Assembly (NCBI GenBank): GCA_951406725.2
Contig: OX597814.1
Location: 95,914,001-95,978,000 of the forward strand
DNA length: 64,000 nucleotides
Direction of reading: 5' to 3'
From: Octopus vulgaris
Lineage: Eukaryota
Made by a program: the position numbers and the translations under genes. A model generated the notes under the pieces. The model was not told where the DNA came from. It made no database searches and saw only the letters and a program-made list of their open reading frames with translations. Positions 26,626 to 39,511 of this stretch are shown piece after piece; the first letter of the stretch is position 1, and every line of letters begins with the position of its first letter.

Positions 26626-27058
26626 CCGGGGTCTGGGGAGCCAGGGGCTGCTCCAGGCTCCAGTCTGATCTGGCAGTGTTTCTACAGCTGGATGCCCATC
26701 CTAACGCCAACCACTCCGCGAGTGTAGTGGGTGCTTTTTATGTGCCACCTGCACAGGTGCCAGAGGGGTCTGGCATCGGCCATGATCGGTTGGTGCTTTT
26801 TATGTGCCACCGGCACAGAAGCCAGTCGAGGCGGTGCTGGCATCGGCCACGTTCGGATGGTGCTTTTTGCACAGAAGCCAGTCGAGGCGGTGCTGGCATC
26901 GGCCACGTTCGGATGGTGCTTTTTATGTGCCACCGCCACAGAAGCCATTCGAGGCGGGGTTGGCATTGGTCACGTTCGGATGGTGCATTTTATATGCCAC
27001 CGGCACAGAAGCCAGTCTAGGCGGCACTGGCAACGGCCATGTTTGGATGGTGCGTTTT
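26626..27058 (-). mobile_element. RTE 3' UTR fragment containing an about 68-bp minisatellite (about 5 units)
   Basis: Reverse complement of the RTE tail (ggatgcccatcctaacgccaaccactc), followed by tandem 'gtgctttttatgtgccaccggcacagaagccagtcgaggcggtgctggcatcggccacgttcggatg'. Confidence 0.85.
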
Positions 27059-27071
27059 ATATATACATATG

Positions 27072-27122
<51 letters not shown>

Positions 27123-27535
27123 GTATATATATATTATGTATATATACATATGTATATATATATTATGTATATATACATATGTATATATATATATGTATAT
27201 ATACATATGTATATATATATACATATGTATATATGTATGTATATATACATATGTATGTATATATGTATGTATATATACATATGTATATATATATGTATGT
27301 ATATATACATATGTATATATATATGTATGTATATATACATTTGTATATATATATATATATATGTATGTGGCCTGCTCGCTTAGCCAGCGGGGTGGCGTCA
27401 TTCGAAGGCTAAAACAATGCGAACGCATTGTGACCAGCGATGTGTTGCAACATCTGATGGTCTGGTCAGTCACGTGATCACGTGATATATATGTATGTAT
27501 ATATACATATGTATATATATATATATGTATGTTTA

Positions 27536-27950
27536 GTCAATTTGTTTGACTCAACGTTTCAAGGTTGGGTCCCAGGATGGGTGCAGTTTAATGACTGAAA
27601 CAAATAAAATGTCAGGTGAGAAAGTTATTTTGTTAGTGCATGTGTCCCAGTATGAAATTTCCTCTCTTCATTATTTTATACCCATTTCTTCATGCTTAGT
27701 GTATGGGTGTAATGGTTCTCATAAATTTGAACCTCTGTATTATCTTACATCTCATTACAGATGTTATAGATTGGTGTCGTTTTTCCTTTAGTCTGTGTAC
27801 TCAGCAAAATGTTGGGAATTCAGTCTTCCGTGTAAATATTATGGAAGAAGAGAATGTGATTTAGTAGGCCAAAAGTCTTATGACACTTAGTCTGTCTTGG
27901 TAGAATCTCTGGGACCTGGCTTTTATCTTCTCTGCAGGACTTATAAATAA
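27536..27950 (+). repeat. About 410-bp local direct duplication (second copy at 33221-33632)
   Basis: Both copies give the same conceptual peptide (TQRFKVGSQDGC...YRLVSFFL), with scattered substitutions. Confidence 0.9.
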
Positions 27951-27987
27951 GTCGCTTGTGGATTTGTACATGCATGTATGTATGTAT

Positions 27988-29680
27988 GCCAAATTGAAAG
28001 CTGGGTTGAACCACAAAACTTTCCTAGTCCTAGTTCTACATGTAGTATTACTACTAGGATTAAGTTGGTTATACTGGATCTTCTCTGAGAATCCACCATT
28101 CCTTAATGTTCTATCGTAATAAGGTGCAACATTGGCTGTAAAAACAAACATAGGTAGGGAATTCTTGAAATTAGTCTCTAGGCATTTTCAACAGGATCAT
28201 AAATTTTATAGAATATTTAATAGAAGAACCCTTAAGATCAGCTATTCTTGCTGCAGGAACTTCGCCTCTTTAGTTAACCAACGCAACAGTAAATTAATTG
28301 CTAATAAGCATAGTGTCGATCGTCTTAAAAAATGTAATTGCAAAGATAGATCCTCCTGTCTGTTGGAAGGGAAATGTTTGGAGACAGGAATCGTATATAG
28401 AGCCAAGGTGCAGATAGAAGGCTCACGCGAATATAGGACTTATACAGGGGCTTCTGAAAATTCTTTTAAAATCCGATTTTATTCGCACAAAAATTCCTTT
28501 CGATACCCAGAAAATAGGACGAAGACCAGCCTAGCAAAATATGTCTGGGAATTAAAAGAAAAAGAAGCCCGACCTTTCAACGTGTCATGGAGTATTTTAG
28601 ATAGAGCGGCACCATACAGGCCCCTGTACATAGGAGAAATTTCAAGTGCGACTTATGTTTGCTGGAAAAATATTTTATTTCATTCCAAGACATTAATTCT
28701 TTGAATCAAAGAAGCGAACTCTTGAATTCATGCAGACATGCAGCTAAATTTAAAATGTCGAATATCAATATCTCATATGGATAGTGAATATTTTTGTTTT
28801 TTTGATTCTTGGACTAGTTTTTGATCACACTGTTGGATTTGTTTTGTATTAGGCAGGTTTTATTCTGCATCGCAAAGTTTTTGTATATATTTCGATATAT
28901 TTCTTAAGAAAAACCTTCGACTTATTTCATTTTATTGTATTTTATAAACCCACTTTGGTCATTTAATTTATAGATAATTCAATTTGGGTGTTATATTTTG
29001 CATGTCTTTTATCTAAAATTTTTATTATTATGCACTCAGCAATTTTAAAAAAATAATGTTTGTATATATGTCAGATCCTAGACATGTTTTTATGTGAATA
29101 TTTGTATTGGCATGCATATGTATTCGTAAGCACGCATCTATGTATATGTGTAAGTGAAGGTGACATACATACATGAATGTATATGTATGCATGTATTCTC
29201 TTGGATTTGTATGGATGTGTTTTTACATACTTGTCTCTATATATTTATATATGTGTTCTTATATGTGTATTTACTGCTAATATACAGTTTTATATACACA
29301 TGTATACGTAATTTTATTTTGTGAATGTTCGTTACGCATAGTCAAACTTTTTTCTTTCTTCCTTTCTTTCGTTATTTTTTCTCTCCCTATTCGTTACTTG
29401 TATAGAGTCCTGTAAATTTACGCCCTCTCCCCTTCTCTTACTCACGTCTTTAGCTTTCTGTTGCTTATAAGAGCGTTACCTTTTCTTTTCTTCCCCCTCT
29501 CTGCGTTTTACTTCTAGTCTATATGTATACACCAAGTGATTTTTGCATGCGAGCAAGATTGCGTAAACATATGTGGTCTGTATACATCTATCTGTGTATT
29601 TTGATGTATATTGATGGTTTAGTATGAATATATACTGTTGTGAAATATTTTAATATATTTTAATTTTATTTTATCAATTG
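27988..29680 (+). mobile_element. Penelope-like element (Naiad-like): RT-thumb/linker and GIY-YIG endonuclease, 5'-truncated with an inverted 5' segment
   Basis: Plus strand 28132-28784 reads KTNIGREFL..KISYSC..CNCKDRSSCLLEGKC..GIVY..YTGASENSFKIRFYSHKNSF..TSLAKYVWELK. After a +1 frameshift near 28622 it continues CDLCLLEKYFI..LNQRSELLNSCRH. Minus strand 27988-28130 encodes the preceding APYY...RTRKVLWFNPAFN. The 3' boundary is approximate. Confidence 0.88.
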
Positions 29681-29720
<40 letters not shown>

Positions 29721-29817
29721 TACATATATATATGTACATACATACATATATATATATGTACATATCATCATTATCATTGTTTAATGTCTGTTTTCCATGC
29801 TAGCATGGGTTGGACAA

Positions 29818-32003
29818 ATTGCTAGACAGTGTGTGAGAGAAAATTGTGATTTCACAGGAGAGAACTGTGTCTGCACAGATGATGGTGCACTTGCTTTTAA
29901 TGATTCTGAAAAGAAAGAGGCTTGGCGAAGCCATTATGAAAGACTACTGAATATGGAGAGTGAATGGGAGGAGGAGATCTTGCCAAATATTGACCCAGTA
30001 GAGGGAGCAGCTATCTCAATAGACAGCTCCCTAGTAGATAAAGCAATTAAGGTATGAAGCCAGGAAAAGCCCCTGGCCCATCGGGAATTACTGCTGAGAT
30101 GCTTAAAACATCTGGTAGTGTGGGCTCTGGCCTAGTCAGCTGCATTGTAAACCAGGTAGTTCATGATGGAGTCATACCCAATGACTGGCGTATTAGCACC
30201 ATAGTCAACTGCTACAAGGGTAAAGGTGATGCTCTAGATAGAAATAACTGCAGGTGTAATAAAATTGCTGGATCAAATGATGAAGGTCACGGAGAGGGTC
30301 ATAGCCAATCTCATTAGGGAGGGAGTTTGCTTGATGAGATGCAGTTCGGTTTTGTGCTGGGTAGAAGCACCACTGATGCCATATTCCTGATTCGACAACT
30401 GCAGGAGAAATATCTAGCTAAAGATAAACCCCTCTATTTAGCTTTTGTGGACTTAGAAAAAGCCTTTGACAAGGTTCTCCGATCCCTTATCTGGTGGGCG
30501 ATGCAGAAACTGGAGATTGACGACTGGTTAAAAAGGGCTGTACAGGCCCTATACAGAGAGGCCATTAGTAAGTTCAGGATTGGCAATGAGTATAGTGAAG
30601 AATTCCAGGTAGAAGTAGGGTTCTACCAAGGTTCAGCCCTTAGTCCCCTTCTATTCATCATAGTCCTCCAGGCAATAACAGAGGAATTCCAGACGGATTG
30701 CCCCTGGGAGCTCCTCTATGCTGATGATCTGGCCCTCATTGCAGAATCATTACCGGAACTAGAAAAGAAATTTCGGGTGTGGAAGCTAGGTTTAGAATCA
30801 AAGGGCCTTAGAGTCAATGTAGTAAAGACCAAAGTTCAAGTAAGTAGGAAGGTGAAGTCATCACACACACCCTCAGGTAGGTGGCCCTGCTCGATCTGTA
30901 GAAAAGGTGTAGGTAGAAACTCCATAAGATGTACCCAGTGTATGGATGCATAAGAGGTTCAGCAATATCAAAGGAAAATTAACCGAGAAGATAGCTTTCG
31001 TGTGTGGCAGATGCGCAGGGGCAATAGACACCACAGATACTCAGAAAAGAGATTCCATCACACTCCATGGGGAGAAACTAGAAGTAGTTGATAGCTTCTG
31101 CTACCTAGGTGACCAAGTTAGTAGTGGGAGTGGATACTCATTAGAATAAGAATAGCCTGGGCAAAGTTTAGAAAGCTTCTACCCCAACTGGTGACAAAGG
31201 GTTTCTTGCTCAGAGTGAAAGGTAGATTGTACAATGCATGTGTGCGAACTGCCATGCTTCATGGCAGTGAAACATGGGCTGTGACTGGAGGACATGCGTA
31301 GAGCTGAAAGAAATGAAGCTAGCATGATCTGCTGGATGTATAATGTCAATGTGCACACATGATAGAGTGTAAGTGCCCCGAGAGAAATGTTGGATATAAG
31401 AAGCATAGGATGTGGAGTGCAAGAGAGACGTTTGCACTGGTATGGTCATGGACTATGGATAGATGAGGAGAGATGTGTGAAGAAGTGCCCCTCCCAAACA
31501 GTTGAAGGAATCCATGGTAGAGGTAGACTCAGGAAGATATGGGATGAGGCGGTCAAGCATGACCTTTGAACATTGAGCCTCACAGAGGCAATGACAAAAG
31601 ACTGACACCACTGGAGATATGCTGTGACTGTGAAGACCTGACAAATAAAGTGAGTATCCTACACCAGCTTCACATAACCAGCCCATTCAAAGTACCTTGG
31701 ATCGCAGGAAGCTGGCAGTGCTTACCTTGGATTGTGGGGTGACCTGCTGTGCTTGAGGAGACCTATTGAGTCACGTACATCAACATCAAAATAAAAATCA
31801 AACGGATTTGTAGTTGTGATACCTGTGCTGGTGGCACGTAAAAAGCAGCCACTACATTCACGGAGTAGCTGGCGTTAGGAAGGGCATCCAGCTGTAGAAA
31901 CATTGCTAGATAAGACTGGAGCCTGGTGCAGCCTCCTGGCTTCCCAGACCCCAGTCGAACCATCCAACCCATGCTAGCATGGAAAACGGACGTTAAACGA
32001 TGA
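29818..32003 (+). mobile_element. RTE LINE, 5'-truncated, frameshifted
   Basis: RT fragments with AFVDLEKAFDKV, QGSALSPLLF and an intact LLYADDL. PHD region WPCSICRKGVGRNSIRCTQC..MHKR. Tail ending 'ggacgttaaacgatgat'. Confidence 0.93.
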
Positions 32004-32070
32004 TATATATATATATATATATGAATATGAATAAAAAATGGAGTTAACGCAGGTGTAAACAAATATTTTT

Positions 32071-32154
32071 ACTTTCGACACGTTTCGAAAATTCCACTGA
32101 TACTATTCAAAAGAATAAATGGTATAAACAATGCAAGCTTCTCTTCGGGAAAGT
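32071..32154 (-). ncRNA. Type I hammerhead ribozyme motif (CCGAAGA core, GUC site)
   Basis: Minus strand reads actttc-CCGAAGA-GAAG...TTTC-GAAAC-GT-GTC-gaaagt, with a 6-bp stem I. Confidence 0.75.
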
Positions 32155-32496
32155 GAAAAGAACTAAACTCGTCAATACAACATTTTAGCAAAAAATGATG
32201 GATTTGTATAGCGATAGACAGAACGCTATTAATATTGTTTAAAAAAACGTTATATGATATAACGTCATAAGTAGCTAACAGAAAGAGTAGGGATATTAAT
32301 AGTGAATGTTAAATATAAAGGAAATTAAAGTTTAATATATAACATTCACTATTAATATCCCTACTCTTTCTGTTAGCTACTTATGACGTTATATCATATA
32401 ACGTTTTTTTAAACAATATTAATAGCGTTCTGTCTATCGCTATACAAATCCATCATTTTTTGCTAAAATGTCGTATTGACGAGTTTCGTTTTTTTC

Positions 32497-32582
32497 ACTT
32501 TCCCGAAGAGAAGATGGCATTGTTTTTACCATTTATTCTTTTGAATAGTATCAGTGGAATTTTCGAAACATGTGTTGAAAGT
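32497..32582 (+). ncRNA. Type I hammerhead ribozyme motif (CCGAAGA core, GUU site)
   Basis: actttc-CCGAAGA-GAAGAT...ATTTTC-GAAAC-ATGT-GTT-gaaagt, with 6-bp stems I and II. Confidence 0.72.
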
Positions 32583-32880
32583 AAAAATATTTGTTTACAC
32601 CTGCGTTAACTCCATTTTTTATTCATATTATTCAAATATTCAACGTAAACACGAAGTTTCTACCTTTATAAACAAGGAGTTACAACACCTTTACTTGTGA
32701 GATTTTTGCTGCCCTGGTAACTATTTATTTATTTTTCCGTGTTAATTGTTAACAAGGTAAAAATACACTCATCTATATATATATATATATATATATAATA
32801 TAATAAATAAATAAATAAATAAAATATATGCATATATACATACATATATGTACATACTTACATCTACATGTATATATACA

Positions 32881-32920
<40 letters not shown>

Positions 32921-33655
32921 TACAGGACACCACAAATAAACGTAGAACACAACGAGAGACGAAAACATAAAATCAAACAAGGAAATGGACTTTTTTTTTA
33001 ACAACGAAAAAACAAGGAAACAGACTTTTTTTAAAACAACGAAAAAACAGAGTACAGGACAAACAATACACACAGACATATATATATGCATACACACGCA
33101 CATATGCATTCATATGTGTCTTTACCATTTGACAACTGTTGGTTTGTTTACATTCCCATAAGTTTGGCAAAAGAAACTGATAGAATAAATGCCAAATGTG
33201 AAAGGAAAGTAAGTACTGGTGTCAATTTGACTCAACGTTTCAAGGTTGGGTCCCAGGATGGGTGCAATTTAATGACTGAAACAAATAAAATGTCAGGTGA
33301 GAAAGTTATTTTGTTAGTGCATGTGTCCCAGTATGTCATTTCCTCTCTTCATTATTTTATACCCATTTCTTCATGCTTAGTGTATAGGTGTAATGGCTCT
33401 CATAAATTTGAACCTCTGTATTATCTTACATCTCATTACAGATGTTATAGATTGGTGTCATTTTTCCTTTAGTGTGTGTACTCAGCAAAATGTTGGAAAT
33501 TCAGTCATCCATGTAAATATTATGGAAGAACAGAATGTGATGAGTGATTCACTTGATTACAAGTCTTATGACACTTAGTCTGTCTTGGTAGAATCTCTAG
33601 GACTAAGCTTTTATCTTGTCTCCAGGACTTATTTATGCATATATATCTATGTATG

Positions 33656-33713
<58 letters not shown>

Positions 33714-33716
33714 TAG

Positions 33717-34606
33717 ATATCCTGGGCAAAGTTCAGAAAGCTCCTACCCCTACTGGCAACAAAAGGCCTCTCCCTCAGAGCAAAAGGTAGATTATATGAT
33801 GCATGTGTGCGAACTGCCATGCTTCACGGTAATGAAACATGGGCTGTGACTGCAGAAGACATGCGTAGACTTGAAAGAAATGAAGCTAGCATGATCCGCT
33901 GGATGTGTAGTGTCAGTGTGCACGCAAAACAGAGTGTAAGTATCCTGAGAGAAATGCTGGATATAAGAAGCATCAGATGTGGTGTGCAAGAGCGACGCTT
34001 GCGATGGTATGGTCATGTGCTGCGGATGGATGAAGAGAGATGTGTGAAGAAGTGCCACTCCCAAACAGTTGAAGGTATCAGGGGGAGAGGTAGACCCAGG
34101 AAGACATGGGATGAGGTGGTCAAGCATGACCTCAGAGCATTGGGCCTCACTGAGGCAATGGCGAAGGACCGAGATCTCTGGAGATATGCTGTGACTACAA
34201 AGACCCGGACTGCTTTCTGCAGCAATTCCACATACCCCCTACCCATTCTAAGTACCCCCCTACCCATTCTAAGTACCCCGGATCCCCAAAGTACCCTGGA
34301 TCCCCAAAATACCCCAATCCCCAAAGTACCCCGGACCTCGTTGCCCCCGTGCCGCTGACACGTTAAAATGCTCGAATCCGATCGTGACGATGCCGGACCC
34401 TCCGGCCCCTGTGCAGGTGGCACGTAAAAAGCACCCAATCCACTCACGGAGTGGTTGGCGTTAGGAAGGGCATCCAGCCGTAGAAACTCTGCCAGATTCA
34501 GACTGGAGCCTGGAGCGGCCCCTGGCTTCCCAGACCCGGTCAAACCGTCCAACCCGTGCTAGCGCGGAAAGCGGACGTTAAACGATGATGATGATGATGA
34601 TGATGA
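33717..34606 (+). mobile_element. RTE LINE 3' fragment, relatively intact
   Basis: ORF 33807-34358: RTAMLHGNETW..ERRLRWYGHVLRM..GRGRPRKTWDEVVKHDL. 3' UTR contains a C-rich minisatellite. (GAT)n tail at 34584-34606. Confidence 0.93.
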
Positions 34607-36479
34607 TTGTATTGGTCTCTTTTACTGAATCACTAAGTTATGGGGATGTAACAAGTTGTGAAGCTGTGATGGGTGATAAACAAAGACTTCGGCACACGTT
34701 CTCTCTCTCTCTCTCTCTCTCATGCACACACACACACACGATGGGGTTCTTTCAGCTTCTGTCTACAAAATGCACTCAAGGCATTTTGTTGGCCTGGGGG
34801 TGTTTAGTAGAAGAGATTAGCCCAAGGTGCCATGCAGTGGGACTGATTCAGGAACCATGTGTTTGGGAAGCAAGCTTCTTGCCACACTGGTCTGCTAAAC
34901 CTGCTCTGATTGAGTGGACCTACGATGATAGGTATTCCATTGGTGATCCTATCATTTATTCTAACATATTATATCGTGGATGGGATAACATCATCCAATA
35001 TAGTCTTCATTTCTAAGACATTGAGGTGTGATTTAAAAGAAATTTTGCTGCTATTTCTAGCAAGCCAAGCAACTATGTAGTGACTCCCATGGCAGATTCA
35101 ATTAGTATGCAGCAGTCTTAGTTTTTATTGCTTGCTATTCACTGACATGGTTTTATGAGAGTTTCAGTTTCCTTGGTTGACTTTTCAATAAATAAGCCAA
35201 ACTTTTATTAGTGTTTCTCTACCATGTCCAAAATGGAATATATTTCCATTTCAGCTTAATTGGGTAAAGATTAGAGTGTGATCTGTCATGTGATAGATAA
35301 TACTGTATACCTTTGCCACCATGGATGAAATCAGGAAACATAGAAATATATATATCTTCAGAAATATATATATATCTTCATTGTCGTCATTTAGCATCCA
35401 TCTTCTAGGTTGACATGAGCTGGACAGTCTAACGAAGGCTGGAGAGCTGTACTAGGTTCCAGCTTAATTTGGTTTTGTTTCTATGGATGGATGACTTTCC
35501 TAATGCAAACCATTTTACTGTGTGTGCTGGATGCTTTTTACGTGGCACTAGCACGAGTGCTTAGGCACAGGTGTGTTCCACATGGACTGGTACAGATGTG
35601 TTTCACGTGGACCTGTAGGGATGCTTTTTATGTGGACTAGTATGAGTGCTTTTTATAGGGACCAGCATGAATAATTATTTATCAAATTTCTAGGTGCTTT
35701 TAGAAAATGATAAAATAAATAATTTTCTAATTAAAACATTCCTCTCATTTACTCCCTGTCTCCATGAGTCTTTCTCACTCAGTGTGTGTGTGTGTGTGTG
35801 GGGTGTTCATTTACTCATTGCCTGCCACCAAGCCTACTATAGACCCTCATCTTGTGCCTGTTGTTTAATCTCTCTGCCTGTCTCTATATGATTTAAAGCA
35901 TGACTGAAGAAATAACTAACAAACCAACATAACATATTTTAAGCAGAAATTAAAGTTAAAACGTGTTGAAATTTATTGTACATGATTAATATGATGGATT
36001 TATAACAAAAGATGTAAATGGACTTTTTAAAAAATACCATGTGAATGTTTTGATTCTAAAAGGCTTTCATACAGTTATATAACCAGATGTTCAGGTTTCT
36101 CATATTTCTCTTTACATTGAACTCGTGTTCAATTTGTCATTTTAGGTCAGGTATGATTCAAATTGTGGGTATTTTTTTGTTGTTTAACAGTTTAGAAAAA
36201 AAATAATAATAAAGCTCGTACTTCAGTGTTTATACTATATACAATACCTCGTTTGAACTAATGAATCTGACTTTTTAGTGATGTCTTGGTCATGTATATA
36301 TATCTATTTCTTTATTGCCCACAAGGGGCTAAACATAGAGGGGACAAACAAAGACAAAGTGATTAAGTCGATTACATTGACCCCAGTGCGTAACTGGTAC
36401 TTTATTTATTGACCCTGAAAGGATGAAAGACAAAGTCGGCCTCGGCAGAATTTGAACTCAGAAACGTAACGGCAGACGA

Positions 36480-36525
<46 letters not shown>

Positions 36526-37745
36526 TAGTTTCAGCTTTGAAAAGTTTTTAGTCAAATGAATCAACTCTACTATTTATTTTTTAAAGCCTGGTACTTATTT
36601 GATCAGTCACTTTTTCTGAACTGCTAAGTTACAGGAATGTAAACACACCAGCATCAGTTGTCAAGCAGTGGGCGGGTAAGGGAGACAAGCACAAAAACAC
36701 AGATATATGCATACACATATATGACAGGCTTCTTTTAGTTTCTGTCTACCGAATCCACTCACAAGGCTTTGGTTGGCCTGAGGCTATAGTACACCTGCCC
36801 AAGGTGCTACATAGTGGGATTGAACCTGAAACTATGTGGTTGGGAAGCAAGCTTCTCATACCCATGCCTGTGCCTATATATAAATATCATGGACTCTCCT
36901 GTCATTAGATGGCATGAGGATTCGACTTGTTTATTGTAATCAAATGTTTGTGTTCACACAAGCTCACTCCCTCCCTCAAATTGACATTACCTGTACAGGT
37001 GCACCATGTCAGATGAGGAAATGATCACAGAGCAGGTTGAAATGGAGTGTTTTGCTCAAGAACACAACGTAACGTCTGGTCTGGGAATCGAACCCACAAT
37101 CTCACAATTGTGAGTGCAACGCCCTAACCACTGAGCCATGCGCCTTCACACACACACACACATATTGTCAATCACTGGTTATAAGCTACCATCTTGCCTG
37201 TTTCTCTTGTCTATTGATTTGTCCTTCTGTACTTGTTCCATAGCATTTCTTCAATTATCATTTAGGTGCTAGGCATAGCTATATCATTAAGAAGCTTGCT
37301 TTGCAACCATATAGCTTTGGATTCAGTCCTACCGTGCTTCACTTTGAAGTAAAGTCTTCTATAATTCTGGACTGACCAATGCCTTATGAGTGAATTTGGT
37401 GGATAGACACTGTTATTTATGATGTATTTCATTTCAGTTACGTTCATATGAATAAATGAGTGTGTCTGAAACATGCTTACTTTATGACACCATCATAATC
37501 GTTTGTGCATTTCTCCTGCTTTTTAGGGTTTTTTCCCCTGTTTTTCAGCTACTATTTTTGGAAAGACTTCCTCCCATCCCCCATTTTCTCGCAAATTATT
37601 GTTTTAAAAAAAAAATTTTTTTTGTTGCCAAAAACCTCGCTTTTCAGATACAGAGATCCCGGGAAATTGCCAGAAATCAAATTTTTGAAATTTTTTGGCC
37701 CCCTTACCCCCCTCCAATTTCTTCATTTTTCACTTTTTCTTTAAA

Positions 37746-37830
37746 TCTAACCCTAACACTGTAACCCTAAAACCACAACCCTAAAACCGTAATCCTAACA
37801 CCGTAACCCTAAAATCCTAACCCCCTAAAG
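37746..37830. repeat. Degenerate telomere-like (TAACCC) array
   Basis: ctaaccctaacac-tgtaaccctaaaac-cacaaccctaaaac-cgtaatcctaacac-cgtaaccctaaaat: about 14-bp units, each containing (T)AACCCTAA. Confidence 0.7.
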
Positions 37831-39068
37831 CTAAAACCAGTACAAACACACGAATGATGTCATAAATAATAGTGACAAACGAAATATACACCGCCGATAG
37901 TTGTTGACAAACAACAACAGTAATTTTATTCAGCTGAATACACATCATTTATTGGTTGAAATTACTGAAATACAACAACTTTAACACGAAATAACTTCGT
38001 AAATAGAAACTTTTCTCAACAACACTAAGAGTAAAATATGTTTTAGCTGACACATTCTACCAGTGTCCGAAGTTTGAAAGTGCTGAGTTACTAAAAACTG
38101 ATTTCTCGATGAAAGTGAAAAGATCCAAATATTACCTTGCTTGGAAACAGGTGAGGGTTGGTAACAGGAGCACCATCCACCCACAGCAAATCTACAGCAA
38201 ATTCTTTGTGACCAATGCCAGCATTGGAAAAGTGGACATTTTATGATGTTGATGTATATACTTGTTGAAGGAGTCTTTTCCAGAGTTGCTGAGTAGTTCA
38301 CTATTGTGATAGACAGATGGGCAAGTGTCTTCTAATGTACCACTAGGTCAGTCATAGCCTTGTGAGTGGATTTGGTAGACAGAAACTGAAAGAAGCCCAT
38401 TATGTATGTCTGCATATATATATGTATTTTTACATGCCACTGCACATAAAATGCACCCAACCCATGCCAGCATGGCTATTTGTAACTTGTAAACAAGTGT
38501 CATCATCATGCAAGGAGTGTCCTTCATTTTCAGTCTTCTGCAAAAACATGTGTGGTCTTGGGGAAATATTATTTTGGAAACAGGAGAGGACTGGCAAACA
38601 AGAAGGGCATCTGTCTAGAAAATCTGCCTCAACGAATCCCATTTGTCCTATGCAAGTATGGAAAAGTAGGTGTTAAAAATCAAGATGATTGATATAGATA
38701 TAGTTGATAAGTGCTAATGCATGAAGCTCTCAGCCCTTGAATTATTCTGTTGCTTCTGCTAAATATTAATATAATAAAAATATATATATATATATATATA
38801 TATACACTTAAGTTTTAAGTTCTACTTTTCCTGTTTGCATCCCTAAACCTGTATATACACACTTAGTATATTAGCAGATGACATCTGCTTCATAATTTGT
38901 CCCTAATGATTCATAACTTGTCCCTAATGATTACATCCTGATGTTAAAATTTTCTCATTTGTATTGCGTAGCATTTTACATTATTTGGTAACAAATATTT
39001 TTAGAAATATGTAGCACATATTGTATAGATATATTTATGTATAATTGTATATTTTATGTTGTTTGTAG

Positions 39069-39209
39069 GTTTCAAGTGAACAATGTCTTCTGGACAATCG
39101 AAGAATGGCTCGAGTTCCACCAAAAGTGAAATCCCCTGATGAAATAACAGAAGCTGATTTAGAATTGGTTGCTGAGTATGTTAGCCAAAAGAAATATGAC
39201 AGTTTATGT
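39069..39209 (+). CDS. CDCA7: CDCA7 internal exon preceding the zinc finger (47 codons)
   Basis: ttgtag|...|gtaagt, phase 0/0. Translates VSSEQ..KSPDEITEADLELVAEYVSQKKYDSLC, which matches the CDCA7 'PVEEITEEEL..EKIY..L' segment. Confidence 0.85.
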
Positions 39210-39511
39210 GTAAGTATAAGTATGCTGTTAAAATTTGGAGAATTTAACCCTTAGTATCTAACTGGTCATATCCAGCTCATATTTTCTACCTGTTTTACAT
39301 TAAAACTGGCCTCTCACACCTACCCTACAATGTTATTCTACAGATGAGCAATTGTGCCAATGAAATCTTGAAGTTTTCAGATAATGCATTATTATTTCAA
39401 AACAATGTGAATAAATATGCATTACATTTGACAGAATAATCTGAATGCTAAAGGGTTAAATTTCAACTTATATTTTATTAAATTTAAGACTTAATGAAAC
39501 CAAATGATTCT

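Larger units (their letters stand above)
32024..32770. mobile_element. Non-coding Penelope-like fold-back element: about 290-bp inverted arms (32024-32311 and 32340-32629) plus a 140-bp tail
   Basis: Near-perfect inverted repeat with a 28-bp spacer. Each arm carries a hammerhead motif. Inserted in (TA)n. Confidence 0.85.

Noticed and set aside
26731-27058. CRISPR-like array
   Set aside because: Eukaryotic context; the whole unit repeats with no unique spacers, and it is part of an RTE 3' UTR.
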